A stretch of DNA of 64,000 nt from an uncultured Acidobacteriota bacterium (lineage in GTDB: Bacteria > Acidobacteriota > Terriglobia > Acidiferrales > UBA7541): contig CAWJPC010000001.1 of assembly GCA_963844645.1 (NCBI GenBank), forward strand, positions 494,843 to 558,842, read 5' to 3'. Of the stretch, positions 1 to 9,858 are shown one piece after another. The notes beneath the pieces are model-generated. The model saw only the letters and a program-made list of their open reading frames with translations, was not told the origin of the DNA and did no database searches. The translations under genes and the position numbers were made by a program. The first letter of the stretch is position 1; each line of letters begins with the position of its first letter.

Positions 1-174
1 GGTGTGAACGACGTCGCCGTGGTGCAACGCGCCGCGAAGGCTGGAATTTCCGTGATGCCTCTTTCGTTCTGTTATGCCAAGCCGCCCGCACGCGGTGGCC
101 TGATCCTCGGTTACGGCGGTGCCGATCCGCGCCAGATTCGCGAAGGCATGCGAAAACTCGTCACCTGCTTCTGA
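1..174 (+). CDS. C-terminal fragment of a PLP-dependent aminotransferase / MocR-type protein (5' end outside window)
   Basis: Frame 1 is open from base 1 to TGA at 172-174. The translation ...GISVMPLSFCYAKPPARGGLILGYGGADPRQIREGMRKLVTCF resembles fold-type I aminotransferase C-termini. Confidence 0.5.
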   Translation, partial: GVNDVAVVQRAAKAGISVMPLSFCYAKPPARGGLILGYGGADPRQIREGMRKLVTCF

Positions 175-282
175 TCCGTTGTTTTTAGGAGGCGGAAAAT
201 GGCCGCAAAAGTTGAATCCGGCGCGACACTTTCCCTTCGTGCTCGACATTCTTGAAACTGATTCTGTCCGGCGGCTAACACA

Positions 283-1398
283 ATGACCGAATCAAACCAC
301 TCAACTTCTGTTGCTGCTCCCTGGATGCGGACGCCACTCAGCGAGAAGCTGGGCATCGAGCTTCCTATCATTCAAGGTCCGCTCGGCGGATTCTCCACCG
401 AACGCCTCGCCGCAGCTGTTTCAAATCTCGGCGGCCTGGGCTCTTACGGCGCGCACAATCTCTCTCCGGATCAAATTGCCGGCGTCGTCTCAACGATTCG
501 CTCGCAAACCTCGAAGCCCTTCGCGATCAATCTCTGGGTTTCGATGGAAGACGCCGGAGCGCGCGAGGCAGGCGAGCGTGAATTTCAGCAAGCTCTCGCC
601 ACGCTCAAACCATTTCTCGACGAAATCGGCGCGCCGGCTCCAGCGTACAAGCCTTACACGCCCGTTTCGTTCGAAACGCAAGCCCGCGCCCTGCTCGATG
701 CGCGTCCGCCCGTTTTCAGTTTCATTGTCGGCATTCCGCCGAAGGAAATTCTCGACGAGTGCCGCGCGCGAAAAATCGTCACCATTGGTACGGCAACCAC
801 GGTCGATGAAGCCATCGCCATCGAACAGGCGGGTGCGGACATCGTCGTCGCGTCGGGCTTTGAAGCCGGAGGACATCGCGGCTCGTTCCTTCGCCCGGCC
901 GAAGAGTCTCTCACTGGCACGTTCACGCTCGTTCCTCAAGTCGCCGACGCCGTCGGCATTCCAGTCGTGGCTGCCGGTGGCATCGCCGACGCGCGCGGCA
1001 TCATCGCGGCATTCGATCTCGGCGCAGATGGTGTGCAGATGGGCACCGCGTTTCTTGCCACCGAGGAATCCAGCGCCAGCGCGCTCCATCGCAACGCGCT
1101 TCTCTCCGGCAACGTTCGCACCGCACTCACAAAAGGTTTCACCGGCCGTCTCGCGCGCGGCATCAAGAATCGCCTGATGGATGCCGTCAACGCATCCGAC
1201 GCCGCTATTCTTCCATATCCGTTACAACGCGCACTTGTCCGCAGCCTCGTCGTGCCCGCGGCTAAAGCCGAATGCCCCGACCTCCTCCAACTCTGGTCCG
1301 GCCAGAACGCAAACTTGCTTAAACACCGCACCGTCGACGCTCTGATGCGCGAACTCATCGTTGGCGTTTCGGCCATTCTCGCCGCACGCGCAAAATAA
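283..1398 (+). CDS. nitronate monooxygenase (NMO / 2-nitropropane dioxygenase-like FMN TIM barrel)
   Basis: 371-aa ORF with IQGPLGG, GIPVVAAGGIADARG and GADGVQMGTAFL segments typical of the NMO family. Confidence 0.8.
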   Translation: MTESNHSTSVAAPWMRTPLSEKLGIELPIIQGPLGGFSTERLAAAVSNLGGLGSYGAHNLSPDQIAGVVSTIRSQTSKPFAINLWVSMEDAGAREAGEREFQQALATLKPFLDEIGAPAPAYKPYTPVSFETQARALLDARPPVFSFIVGIPPKEILDECRARKIVTIGTATTVDEAIAIEQAGADIVVASGFEAGGHRGSFLRPAEESLTGTFTLVPQVADAVGIPVVAAGGIADARGIIAAFDLGADGVQMGTAFLATEESSASALHRNALLSGNVRTALTKGFTGRLARGIKNRLMDAVNASDAAILPYPLQRALVRSLVVPAAKAECPDLLQLWSGQNANLLKHRTVDALMRELIVGVSAILAARAK

Positions 1399-1432
1399 GC
1401 TAAAACGCACGCCTGTGATAAAATTACAGGGT

Positions 1433-2065
1433 ATGCAGACTAGCCATTGGTCTCAAAAGCTGAAGGGCATCGCCCTAGCAGCCTGCGCCATCATCGCGAT
1501 CGGCGCGCCACGAATCGCGCGCACGCAATCGAGCGTCGCGAAGCCATCCGTCACCGAGCCGCAGCCCGCTGCCGCCTCGCCGCTCGACCACGTCCTCTCG
1601 CTTTACAATACCCACACCAACGAACGCATCAGCATCGTCTATCGCCACGGCGACAGCTACGTTCCTGCCGCCCTCAGCAAGCTCGATTATTTCTTGCGCG
1701 ATCACAACACCAACGAAGTCCGCCACTTCGATCCGCATCTGTACGACATTCTGTCAGACCTCACCGCCTCGGTTGGCCATCCCGGCGGCGAAATCGACAT
1801 CGTCTGCGGTTACCGCACGCCCGCCACGAACGCGGCCCTCCGCGAGCGCACCAATGGCGTCGCGAAAAACAGCTTGCACATTCAAGCCGAAGCCATCGAT
1901 CTCCGCATGCCGGGAGTGAATACGCTGAAGCTGCGTCGCGCCGCCCTCGCTCTGGCGCGCGGCGGAGTAGGCTATTACCCGCACTCCGACTTTATCCACG
2001 TCGACGTGGGCCGCGTGCGTCAGTGGTGCTTTGATTGCCCCGCGAATCTAGCCACCGGCGACTAG
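1433..2065 (+). CDS. DUF882 / peptidase M15-family protein, YcbK(MepK)-like murein endopeptidase with signal peptide
   Basis: Start moved to ATG 1433 because the upstream part of the ORF overlaps the NMO gene. N-terminal hydrophobic signal. Motifs GYRTPATNA, SLHIQAEAIDL and GGVGYYPHSDFIHVDVG are typical of DUF882. Confidence 0.75.
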   Translation: MQTSHWSQKLKGIALAACAIIAIGAPRIARTQSSVAKPSVTEPQPAAASPLDHVLSLYNTHTNERISIVYRHGDSYVPAALSKLDYFLRDHNTNEVRHFDPHLYDILSDLTASVGHPGGEIDIVCGYRTPATNAALRERTNGVAKNSLHIQAEAIDLRMPGVNTLKLRRAALALARGGVGYYPHSDFIHVDVGRVRQWCFDCPANLATGD

Positions 2066-2077
2066 CATCGCCTTGAA

Positions 2078-2144
2078 GCCACGAACTTTAGTTCGTGGCA
2101 CAGGCATTCGTGCCTGTCCGTACCTCACGTTCCGTGAGGTACGG
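2078..2144. terminator. three abutting perfect stem-loops between convergent genes (candidate bidirectional terminator / REP-like structure)
   Basis: 2078-2099 gccacgaac-ttta-gttcgtggc. 2100-2117 acaggca-ttcg-tgcctgt. 2118-2144 ccgtacctcacg-ttc-cgtgaggtacgg. No T-run follows. Confidence 0.45.
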
Positions 2145-2260
2145 GTTTAGCTATCCTACACAAGCCGCCGTCTCACAAATTACCACCCCACGGAAGCCAT
2201 GGCGCCCTGTGTGACATAGGTAGTTGCCTGTGTGATTTTCCTCAGCGAACTTCACAAAGC

Positions 2261-4036
2261 TCATCCCGGATAGGGGTAACCCTTCGCCAGCGTCTCCGCC
2301 AGCGCCTTGTCGTGCCCGTAAATATCGTCGTAGAAATGCACGCTGCCGTCTTCCTCTACCACCACCGTGCTGTAAACAATCAGCACGGGAATTGGCTGCG
2401 TCAAGTTCACCTGCAGGTTGTCCTGCTTGCCATTCATCGTCGCTTTGATCTTCTCCAGGTCCCAGCCCGGATTGTTTCGCAGTACCCATACCGCCATGTC
2501 CGCCGGGCGCTCCAGCCGAATGCAGCCATGACTCGCGTCGCGCCGGTCGCGTGAAAAGAACTGCTTCTCCGGCGTGTCGTGCATGTAGATGTTGTAGTCG
2601 TTTGGGAAAATGAATTTCACCAGGCCCAGCGAATTCTTCGGCCCCGGATTCTGCCGGACGAAAAGCGTTCCCGACTTCAGCTGCGCCATGACTTCCGGAG
2701 AAACCGCGCCTGCCGTCACCACGTTCTGCTTCGCGTCCACCACCGCAAAGCCCCTCGACGCGAGGTAATCCGGATCCTTCGCGAGCTTCGGCAGCATTTC
2801 CGCGCGGGCGATCGAATACGGCACGCTCCAGTACGGACGGAAAACCACGTACTGCATCATGTCCTCGAACACCGGTGTGTCGTGGTTGTACGCGCGCCCC
2901 ACCACCACGTTCATCGTCCAAACAATTCTGAAATGATCGTCGTACGCGCGGACGCGGAACTCCGGCACATTCGCCACGATGGGCGGAGGCAGGTGCTTGT
3001 CCGGATCGAGCAGCGGCAGCCAGCGCCAACGCTCGAGAGTGAGTTGCATCTGCTCCACGCGCTTGCTGAGCGGAACGTTCATATCCGCCACCGTTTGCGG
3101 CGTGATTTTCCCGTCGGCGACGCGTCCGTGCCGGGTCTGGAAATTCTTCACCGCGTCGACCAACGGTCCTTTGTACGCGTTCGAGTCCGCAGGGACATCC
3201 GCATCGCCCGGCAAATCGCCAAGGAGTTTCAGGATTTTCGTCATCCGGGGAACGCCGGCCCATGTGTCGCCGGGCGCCACCGGCCGCGTCACGTTTGGCA
3301 ATTTCTCGCCGTCGTCTTCCTTGACGAGTTGCATATACGTGTCGAGCGCGGCAATCGTCCGGTCGTAGCCCGGATACGGGGGCTCGATCTGCCTCAGAGC
3401 AGCCGACACGTCCTGCGAATCCACCACGTTCTGCTTCATAAATTCAGGCAGCTCGTACTTCTTCGTATTGATGTTGAAGCCGTAGTCGAAATGCTTCGGA
3501 TTCACTTTGCCGATGTGCAGGTCGGAGATGTAGCGCATCGTGCAGACGGTCATCGCTTCGTCGAATGCGATGGCGTCGGCCTCCGTGGGATTCGCCGTCC
3601 CCGGTTTCAGTTTCGCCACGCGCGCGGCCCAGCGCGATGCGTCGTAATCCTCCGGCGTCAGGCCTTTTTTGTCGGACGCTTGGATCAGCGCAATCATTTG
3701 CAGCGCCTGCGGTGTCGGCTGCATCCCGCGCACCCACGGAAGCGCGTTGTTGTAGAGCCCGTAAAATTTTTGGACGTGCGCAGTGTAATCGCTGAAATTC
3801 GGCCAGCGCAGGTCGGAAAGATTCCCGGATTGTACCGAAGCGGCCAGCGAGGCCTGCCCGCCCGCGCTGAGCGTCTGCGGCGACCAGCCCAATCCGCCAG
3901 TGCTTTGTTGCTGCGCCGCCGCGGAACGCAGTGCCGCATTCACGCGTAAATAGAGAAAGGGCAGCGCGGCAACCGCCGCCGCGACGAGCGCCAATCGAAC
4001 GAGCTTCGGCAGTCTTGGGGCTTGAATATTTTTCAT
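2261..4036 (-). CDS. L,D-transpeptidase, YcbB(LdtD)-like, with peptidoglycan-binding domain
   Basis: Start set at MKNIQAPRLPKLVRLALVAAAVAAL (signal-like). C-terminal YkuD domain with the catalytic-Cys motif DASHGCIRLERP. Length and layout match YcbB-type enzymes. Confidence 0.85.
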   Translation of the reverse strand: MKNIQAPRLPKLVRLALVAAAVAALPFLYLRVNAALRSAAAQQQSTGGLGWSPQTLSAGGQASLAASVQSGNLSDLRWPNFSDYTAHVQKFYGLYNNALPWVRGMQPTPQALQMIALIQASDKKGLTPEDYDASRWAARVAKLKPGTANPTEADAIAFDEAMTVCTMRYISDLHIGKVNPKHFDYGFNINTKKYELPEFMKQNVVDSQDVSAALRQIEPPYPGYDRTIAALDTYMQLVKEDDGEKLPNVTRPVAPGDTWAGVPRMTKILKLLGDLPGDADVPADSNAYKGPLVDAVKNFQTRHGRVADGKITPQTVADMNVPLSKRVEQMQLTLERWRWLPLLDPDKHLPPPIVANVPEFRVRAYDDHFRIVWTMNVVVGRAYNHDTPVFEDMMQYVVFRPYWSVPYSIARAEMLPKLAKDPDYLASRGFAVVDAKQNVVTAGAVSPEVMAQLKSGTLFVRQNPGPKNSLGLVKFIFPNDYNIYMHDTPEKQFFSRDRRDASHGCIRLERPADMAVWVLRNNPGWDLEKIKATMNGKQDNLQVNLTQPIPVLIVYSTVVVEEDGSVHFYDDIYGHDKALAETLAKGYPYPG

Positions 4037-4154
4037 TTTTGCACTCCGAGTGGCACTTACTGTACGTCCCCGAGCGCCGCGTGGCAATCCCGCATCGCCG
4101 CACATTCATTTTTCGTCGCTAGCCCGTCTGTTACACTTTCTCCTCTTCGATCGC

Positions 4155-4574
4155 ATGCCGGACCACACCAAACCCAACCCGCCACGGCCTGTGCTCACCG
4201 CCACCGAAGCCCAACTCTTCGTCGCCGACGTCGCTGCGTCCTGCGCGTTCTATAAAGACAAGCTCGGCTTCGCCGTCGAGTTCATGTACGGAGATCCGCC
4301 GTTCTATGCACTCGTAGTTCGTGACCGCGCCCGCCTCGCGTTGCGTCGCGTGCAAGGGCCAGTCTTCATCGCTGGAATACGGGACCGCGAAGGCCTCCTT
4401 TCCGCTTCGCTCACTCTCGCTACCGCGGCAGAAACAAAACAGCTCTACCAAACCTGCGAAGCCGCCGGGGCCCAAATGCAACAGCCGCTAAAGCAAGAAA
4501 CCTGGGGAGCCACCACCTTCGTCGTCAAAGATCCCGACGGAAACCTCATTCTCTTCGCCGGCCCCGCCGAATAA
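4155..4574 (+). CDS. VOC (glyoxalase/bleomycin-resistance/dioxygenase) family protein
   Basis: Start at ATG 4155. Segments LFVADVAASCAFYKDKLGF and WGATTFVVKDPDGNLILF are typical of the VOC fold. Confidence 0.7.
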   Translation: MPDHTKPNPPRPVLTATEAQLFVADVAASCAFYKDKLGFAVEFMYGDPPFYALVVRDRARLALRRVQGPVFIAGIRDREGLLSASLTLATAAETKQLYQTCEAAGAQMQQPLKQETWGATTFVVKDPDGNLILFAGPAE

Positions 4575-4695
4575 GGCGCCGCTATTCGGTCCTACGCCAA
4601 GCCGCCGGGATCCGGCTCCCGCCTCCGCCCCGTAACGTGCCTCCAACGCCATCTCGTGCTATTATTTTCGTTTGTAAACTCGACTAGGTGCCGAC

Positions 4696-5418
4696 TTGCC
4701 CGAACACATCACCCGGAAAGACCTGAAGAAAGACGAATTTCGCGACACCATCGTTCACGGCGCCGACGCCGTGATGTCTCACAAGACGCTTACGACGATT
4801 CTGGTCGTCGTCTCTGTCCTCGTCGCCGCCGCAGTTTTTGGCTGGAAGACCTATACCGAGCACCAGACCGTCAAGGCCGAAGCCGCCTTCGACGACGCCA
4901 AGAAAGTCTTCCTCGCTCCTGTCGCCGGCGCTCCCACGCCTCCGCTGCCGGGTGAAACCTCGTACCCCAACGATCAAGCCAAGTACACCGAAGCCGCCAA
5001 GAAATTCGCCGAGGTCGCGACCACATACCCGCACACCCGCCCCGGCCAGCTTGCCGCCTATTACGCCGCGCTCAGCGACGAAAAGATCAATAAGAACGAC
5101 GACGCGAAGAAGTGGCTGCAGGGCCTCGCCGACGGCAACGTCGAAGATTTTGCCGCGATGGCCAAGTACGAACTCGCACAGCTCAACGACCGCCTCGGCA
5201 ACTCTGACGAAGCCGTGAAGCTCTACCAGCAGCTGATGGCCAAGCCCGCCGTGCTCGTCCCTAAGCCTGTCGTGATGCTTGCCCTCGCCGGCCACTACGC
5301 GCAGAAGAATCCCACGGAAGCCGCCAAACTCTACACCCAGATCAAGTCCGACTATCCGGACACTCCGATCGCGCAACAAGCCGACCAGGGTTTGAACCTT
5401 CTCCCCGGCAAATCCTGA
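4696..5418 (+). CDS. membrane-anchored TPR-like protein (YfgM-like)
   Basis: TTG start. One N-terminal TM helix (LTTILVVVSVLVAAAVFGW) followed by a helical repeat region. Coding-like third-position GC. Confidence 0.55.
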   Translation: MPEHITRKDLKKDEFRDTIVHGADAVMSHKTLTTILVVVSVLVAAAVFGWKTYTEHQTVKAEAAFDDAKKVFLAPVAGAPTPPLPGETSYPNDQAKYTEAAKKFAEVATTYPHTRPGQLAAYYAALSDEKINKNDDAKKWLQGLADGNVEDFAAMAKYELAQLNDRLGNSDEAVKLYQQLMAKPAVLVPKPVVMLALAGHYAQKNPTEAAKLYTQIKSDYPDTPIAQQADQGLNLLPGKS

Positions 5419-5437
5419 ACTCCTCGCCGGTGATACC

Positions 5438-6583
5438 ATGACGGCGATGCCGCTCGCGCCATACGCGATGGACGTTCACCGCTCGCGTGGGCGTCGCCAT
5501 CCCGAGCAGCAGCATCCCTACCGCAGCGATTACGCCCGCGATCGCGATCGTGTGATCCATTCGCGCGCCTTCCGCCGACTCGAAGCGAAAACGCAAGTCT
5601 TTACCACGCGCTTCTCCGATCATTTCCGCAATCGCCTCACCCACACACTCGAAGTCGCGCAAGTTGCTCGCACTGTCGCCGCGGCTCTCAATCTGAATAC
5701 CGATCTTGCCGAAGCACTCGCGCTCGTTCACGACATTGGCCATCCACCCTTCGGTCACGCCGGCGAACACGCGCTCGATGAGCGAATGCGCGCCTACGGC
5801 GACCGGTTCAATCACAATCTCCACGCGCTTCACATCGTCGAGCACTTCGAGCGCCGCTATCTCGATTTCACGGGCCTCAATCTCACGTTCGAAGTCCGCG
5901 AAGGCGTCGTCAAGCACTCGCGCGACTACAACGAACTCGACTTCCCCGAGCTTTCTGAATATCTGCTCCGCTCGCGCCCTCCGCTCGAAGCGCAGCTCAT
6001 CGACCTGGTCGACGAAATCGCCTACAACACCGCCGACCTCGACGACGCCTTTGAAGCGCACCTGATCGATCTGGAATTATTGCGGAAGGAAGTTCCCATC
6101 TTCGGCGAAGCCTGGGCTGAAATCGACCGCACGCACCCGCACGGCCTCACCAAGCTGAAATTCAACGAAGCGCTGAAGTCCGTGCTCAACCGCCTCGCCA
6201 CCGACCTGATCGAGCACACTAACCTTCAGCTCCGCAAACACTCCATCGAGTCGCTCGAGCAAGTTCGCGAGCACCACCGCCGCCTCGCCAGTTTTTCGCC
6301 TGCAGTAGCGCGCATGAACGGGGAACTGAAGCGCTTCCTGTTCCAGCGCGTCTATTCCAATCCCGCGATCGAAGAAGAACGCGACCGCTCCGTCGGCGCC
6401 CTCGACGAACTTTTCACCTTTTATATGGACCACCCGGACCGCATGCCCCGCGAGCACGCCGAACTCGCCCAGGAAGCCCCCACGCACCGCATCGTCTGCG
6501 ACTACATCGCCGGCATGACCGACCATTACCTGTTGCGCCAGCACAAAGAAATGCTCCGCTCCCAGCCGCAGCACGACCAGTGA
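5438..6583 (+). CDS. dgt: dGTP triphosphohydrolase-like HD-domain phosphohydrolase
   Basis: RLTHTLEVAQVAR and HDIGHPPFGH HD motifs, and a C-terminal DYIAGMTDHY segment typical of the Dgt family. Confidence 0.85.
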   Translation: MTAMPLAPYAMDVHRSRGRRHPEQQHPYRSDYARDRDRVIHSRAFRRLEAKTQVFTTRFSDHFRNRLTHTLEVAQVARTVAAALNLNTDLAEALALVHDIGHPPFGHAGEHALDERMRAYGDRFNHNLHALHIVEHFERRYLDFTGLNLTFEVREGVVKHSRDYNELDFPELSEYLLRSRPPLEAQLIDLVDEIAYNTADLDDAFEAHLIDLELLRKEVPIFGEAWAEIDRTHPHGLTKLKFNEALKSVLNRLATDLIEHTNLQLRKHSIESLEQVREHHRRLASFSPAVARMNGELKRFLFQRVYSNPAIEEERDRSVGALDELFTFYMDHPDRMPREHAELAQEAPTHRIVCDYIAGMTDHYLLRQHKEMLRSQPQHDQ

Positions 6584-6936
6584 TCAAGCCGCGCGTAAGA
6601 TCGCCTGCCATCCAGAGCCCACCCATCGCACCAGCTGTGTCCGATGCACAACTTCGCATGTCCGCGCCCGCTCATTTGGACTGCGGGAGCGAAGCTACCG
6701 CTTTGCCGCAAGCTCCATCCCCAACACTGCCTCGCCTCGCTCAACCACGCGGCTCGTTCGCCGTGTTCCAACTTTGACGTCATCCAGAGGCCGATTCTCC
6801 GGCAGGAGGATTGCGCTTCCGGATTGACGCCAAATCACAAAAATGCCCCGCCTTCCACGCGCGACCCTTGTCCCACCGTACAGCGAAAATTTGTGCCTTA
6901 CGTATCACTCCTTCGCATCAAAAAATCGTACCTTCC

Positions 6937-6964
6937 TTGACATCCCCCTCCCCGCACATATAAT
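6937..6964 (+). promoter_or_regulatory. sigma70-type promoter for yceD-rpmF-plsX
   Basis: Consensus TTGACA (6937-6942), a 16-nt spacer, then consensus TATAAT (6959-6964), 33 nt upstream of the yceD start. Confidence 0.6.
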
Positions 6965-6996
6965 CGAATTTAGGTACCCGACACGGGGAAAAATCG

Positions 6997-7530
6997 ATGT
7001 TCTTCGACATCAACGAGCTGGCACTGCGAAAGATCCGGATCCGCAAGAGCTACGCGCCCGGCACGATCGACTATCACTCCGGCGAATTCCGCCAGATCGA
7101 GCCCTTGGAAGTGCGTGCCACCGCCGAAATGGCGGATAACCAGATCCGCGTCTACGGCAACCTGCATACGCGCGTCGAGATGGTCTGCGCGCGTTGCCTG
7201 GATGGCGTAGTCGAAGAAATCAGCCGCGACTTTGACCTCTATTACCGGCCGATGAATTCGCTGCCCGAAAACGAAGAGTTCAAACTGAACGACGACGACA
7301 CGGAAGTCGCCTTTTATGAAGGGGATGGCATGTTCCTGGCGGACGTGCTCGCCGAACAGGTGATCCTCGGCCTTCCCATGAAGGTCATCTGCCGCAGCGA
7401 CTGCCGCGGCCTGTGCGCTCACTGTGGCGCCAACCTCAATAACGAAGAATGCCGCTGCGAGAAGCACGCGGCCGACCCACGTCTCGCCCCGCTCGCGCGG
7501 CTCAAGCAGGACTGGTTCAAAAAGCAATAA
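6997..7530 (+). CDS. yceD: DUF177 protein YceD (large-subunit ribosome accumulation factor)
   Basis: 177 aa. Cys cluster CRSDCRGLCAHCGANLNNEECRC. Conserved position directly upstream of rpmF. Confidence 0.85.
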   Translation: MFFDINELALRKIRIRKSYAPGTIDYHSGEFRQIEPLEVRATAEMADNQIRVYGNLHTRVEMVCARCLDGVVEEISRDFDLYYRPMNSLPENEEFKLNDDDTEVAFYEGDGMFLADVLAEQVILGLPMKVICRSDCRGLCAHCGANLNNEECRCEKHAADPRLAPLARLKQDWFKKQ

Positions 7531-7595
7531 GACGCTAAACTAGTTGCTTACCTTTAAGCCGCTCTGAGTAGCGGCCTGTCACTAGGAGCTTTGCA

Positions 7596-7784
7596 ATGCC
7601 GAATCCAAAACGACGTCACTCTCATGCGCGCAAGAACAAGCGCCGCGCTCATGACTTTTTGACGCCGCTTTCTCTGGCCGATTGCCCCAATTGCCACGAG
7701 AAAAAGCTGCCCCACAACGTCTGTCCCTCCTGCGGCTACTACAAGGGCCGTGAAGTGATTGACACCACGTCGAAGACAGCCTAA
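7596..7784 (+). CDS. rpmF: 50S ribosomal protein L32
   Basis: MPNPKRRHSHARKNKRRAH N-terminus and a CPNC...CPSCG zinc ribbon. Confidence 0.95.
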   Translation: MPNPKRRHSHARKNKRRAHDFLTPLSLADCPNCHEKKLPHNVCPSCGYYKGREVIDTTSKTA

Positions 7785-7835
7785 GTTCCCTTCATCTTTG
7801 ATCCGAACCGGTCGTTGGCTCTCAGGGTGTTCTGA

Positions 7836-8849
7836 ATGATCACCATCGCCGTCGATGCCATGGGGGGAGATCATGCGCCTCGCGCGGAGGTGGAAGGGGC
7901 CATTCTCGCCGCGCGCGAACTTGGCGTGCGCATTCTCCTGGTTGGCCTCGAAGATCGCGTCAGGCAGGAGCTTGCCCGCCACAGCACGCGCAACCTTCCT
8001 ATTGAGGTCGTGAACGCCACTGAGGCGATCACCATGAGCGACTCTCCTTCCCAGGCTTTCCGCCGCAAGAAGGACAGCTCGGTCCATGTTGCCGCGAAAC
8101 TCGTCAAAGACGGTGCAGCTGAAGCTCTGGTCAGCGCAGGGAATACCGGCGCCGTAATGACCGTCGCGCGCTTCGTCCTCGGCACGCTGGCCGCCGTGGA
8201 CCGTCCGGCGCTCGCCGCCGCGTTTCCAAACGCCAAGGAAAAGCTCACTGTGATTCTCGACGTAGGCGCCAACGTCGATTCCAAGCCGGAGCAGATCGAG
8301 CAGTTCGCCGTCATGGGCGAGATTTATTACCGCTCCATCTTCGGCACCAAGCGCCCGCGTGTCGCGCTGCTCTCGATCGGTGAAGAGGAAATGAAGGGTA
8401 ACGAACTAACCCGCGAAGCCGCCGCTCGCCTCAAGCAGCTGCCCATGAATTTTGTCGGCAACGTCGAAGGCCGCGACGTTTTTAAAGGCGATGTCGACGT
8501 GATTGTCTGCGACGGCTTCATCGGCAACATCGCCCTCAAAATCAGCGAAGGCCTCGTCGAGCACGTCGGCGGCATGCTAAAAAAAGCCATCAAAAGCAGT
8601 ATCGCGTCGCAAGTCGGTTACGTTCTTTCGAAGCAGGCCTTCGACAGTTTCCGCAAGCGCACCGATTCCTCGGAAACCGGCGGCGCTCCGCTGCTCGGCG
8701 TTCGCGGCATCACGATCATCGGCCACGGCCGCTCCAACGCCGTCGCGATCAAGAACGCCATCCGCGTCGCCACCGAGCTGTGCCGCACCCGCTTCAACGA
8801 AAAAATCGAACAGGAGCTCTCCGCTTCCGCTGTCGCCTCTCGCGGCTGA
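7836..8849 (+). CDS. plsX: phosphate acyltransferase PlsX
   Basis: [16 protein letters not shown]-terminus and a full-length PlsX-like sequence, positioned after rpmF. Confidence 0.95.
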   Translation: MITIAVDAMGGDHAPRAEVEGAILAARELGVRILLVGLEDRVRQELARHSTRNLPIEVVNATEAITMSDSPSQAFRRKKDSSVHVAAKLVKDGAAEALVSAGNTGAVMTVARFVLGTLAAVDRPALAAAFPNAKEKLTVILDVGANVDSKPEQIEQFAVMGEIYYRSIFGTKRPRVALLSIGEEEMKGNELTREAAARLKQLPMNFVGNVEGRDVFKGDVDVIVCDGFIGNIALKISEGLVEHVGGMLKKAIKSSIASQVGYVLSKQAFDSFRKRTDSSETGGAPLLGVRGITIIGHGRSNAVAIKNAIRVATELCRTRFNEKIEQELSASAVASRG

Positions 8850-8870
8850 CCGAACGGACCCGAACCGCTC

Positions 8871-9818
8871 ATGAGCAAAGTTGCTTTCCTCTTTCCAGGA
8901 CAGGCCTCGCAGTACTCCGGTATGGGCAAGGATCTCGCCCAGAATTTTCCCGAATCACAGGGCGTTCTAGAGCAAGCTGACGCCGCACTTGGCTTTCCCA
9001 TCTCGAAGATGTGCTTTGACGGCACCGAAGAAGAGCTGAAGCTCACCGAAAACACGCAGCCCGGAATTCTTACGGTCTCTGTCGCGGCCTATCGCGCCCT
9101 TGAAAAGCGGGGCGTCGTCCCCGATTTCGTTGCCGGCCACAGCCTTGGCGAATATTCCGCGCTGGTTGCTGCCGGCGGCATCGAATTTTCCGATGCCGTA
9201 AAACTCGTCCGTGCCCGCGGTAAATATATGCAGGAAGCCGTGCCGCCCGGCGAAGGCGCGATGGCGGCGATTCTCGGCATGGCTCCGTCTGACGTCGCCG
9301 ACGTCTGCAAAAAAGCCTCGCAGGGCGAAGTCGTCTCGCCCGCGAATCTGAATTCTCCCGAGCAGACCGTGATTTCCGGCACCGCCGCCGCCGTCAAACG
9401 CGCCGTCGAAATCGCCTCACAATCCGGCGCCAAACGCGCCGTGATTTTGCCGGTCTCCGCGCCGTTCCATTGTGCGCTGATGATGCCCGCGCAGAAGCGC
9501 CTCGAAACCGATTTGCGCGCGGCGCGTTTCTCGAGCCTGAAATTTCCGCTGATAACCAACGTCGACGCCGAAGCCATCACTACCGGCGACGAAGCGCGCG
9601 AAGCTCTGATCCGCCAGGTCACCTCGCCCGTGCGTTGGCTCGATTCCATTCGCGAAATGATCGAAGCCGGCGTCAACGTCTTCGTCGAAGTCGGCCCCGG
9701 CAAAGTGCTCTGCGGCCTGCTCCGCCAGATCGACCGCTCGGTTCGCGCTCTCAACGTCGAAGACTCGGCCAGCCTCAACGCAACCATGGAAAAAATTGCG
9801 CAGGACCGTGCTTCGTAA
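8871..9818 (+). CDS. fabD: malonyl-CoA:ACP transacylase
   Basis: FLFPGQASQY and the active-site motif GHSLGEYSA. Confidence 0.95.
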   Translation: MSKVAFLFPGQASQYSGMGKDLAQNFPESQGVLEQADAALGFPISKMCFDGTEEELKLTENTQPGILTVSVAAYRALEKRGVVPDFVAGHSLGEYSALVAAGGIEFSDAVKLVRARGKYMQEAVPPGEGAMAAILGMAPSDVADVCKKASQGEVVSPANLNSPEQTVISGTAAAVKRAVEIASQSGAKRAVILPVSAPFHCALMMPAQKRLETDLRAARFSSLKFPLITNVDAEAITTGDEAREALIRQVTSPVRWLDSIREMIEAGVNVFVEVGPGKVLCGLLRQIDRSVRALNVEDSASLNATMEKIAQDRAS

Positions 9819-9858
9819 TTCTTAACTCAATCTCAGAAAGATCGGTGGCTCACGCTCT

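Noticed and set aside
1447-2034. Arg-rich alternative-frame ORFs (this one, plus 10175-10660, 15006-15557, 61386-62195 and similar)
   Set aside because: They are same-strand off-frame translations of real genes. Their R/P/H/S-rich composition is characteristic of frame-shifted GC-rich coding sequence.
2579-3949. 456-aa plus-strand ORF
   Set aside because: It lies entirely antisense to the well-supported L,D-transpeptidase gene. The translation is Arg/His/Val-rich with no motif. This is a typical shadow ORF of a high-GC gene.
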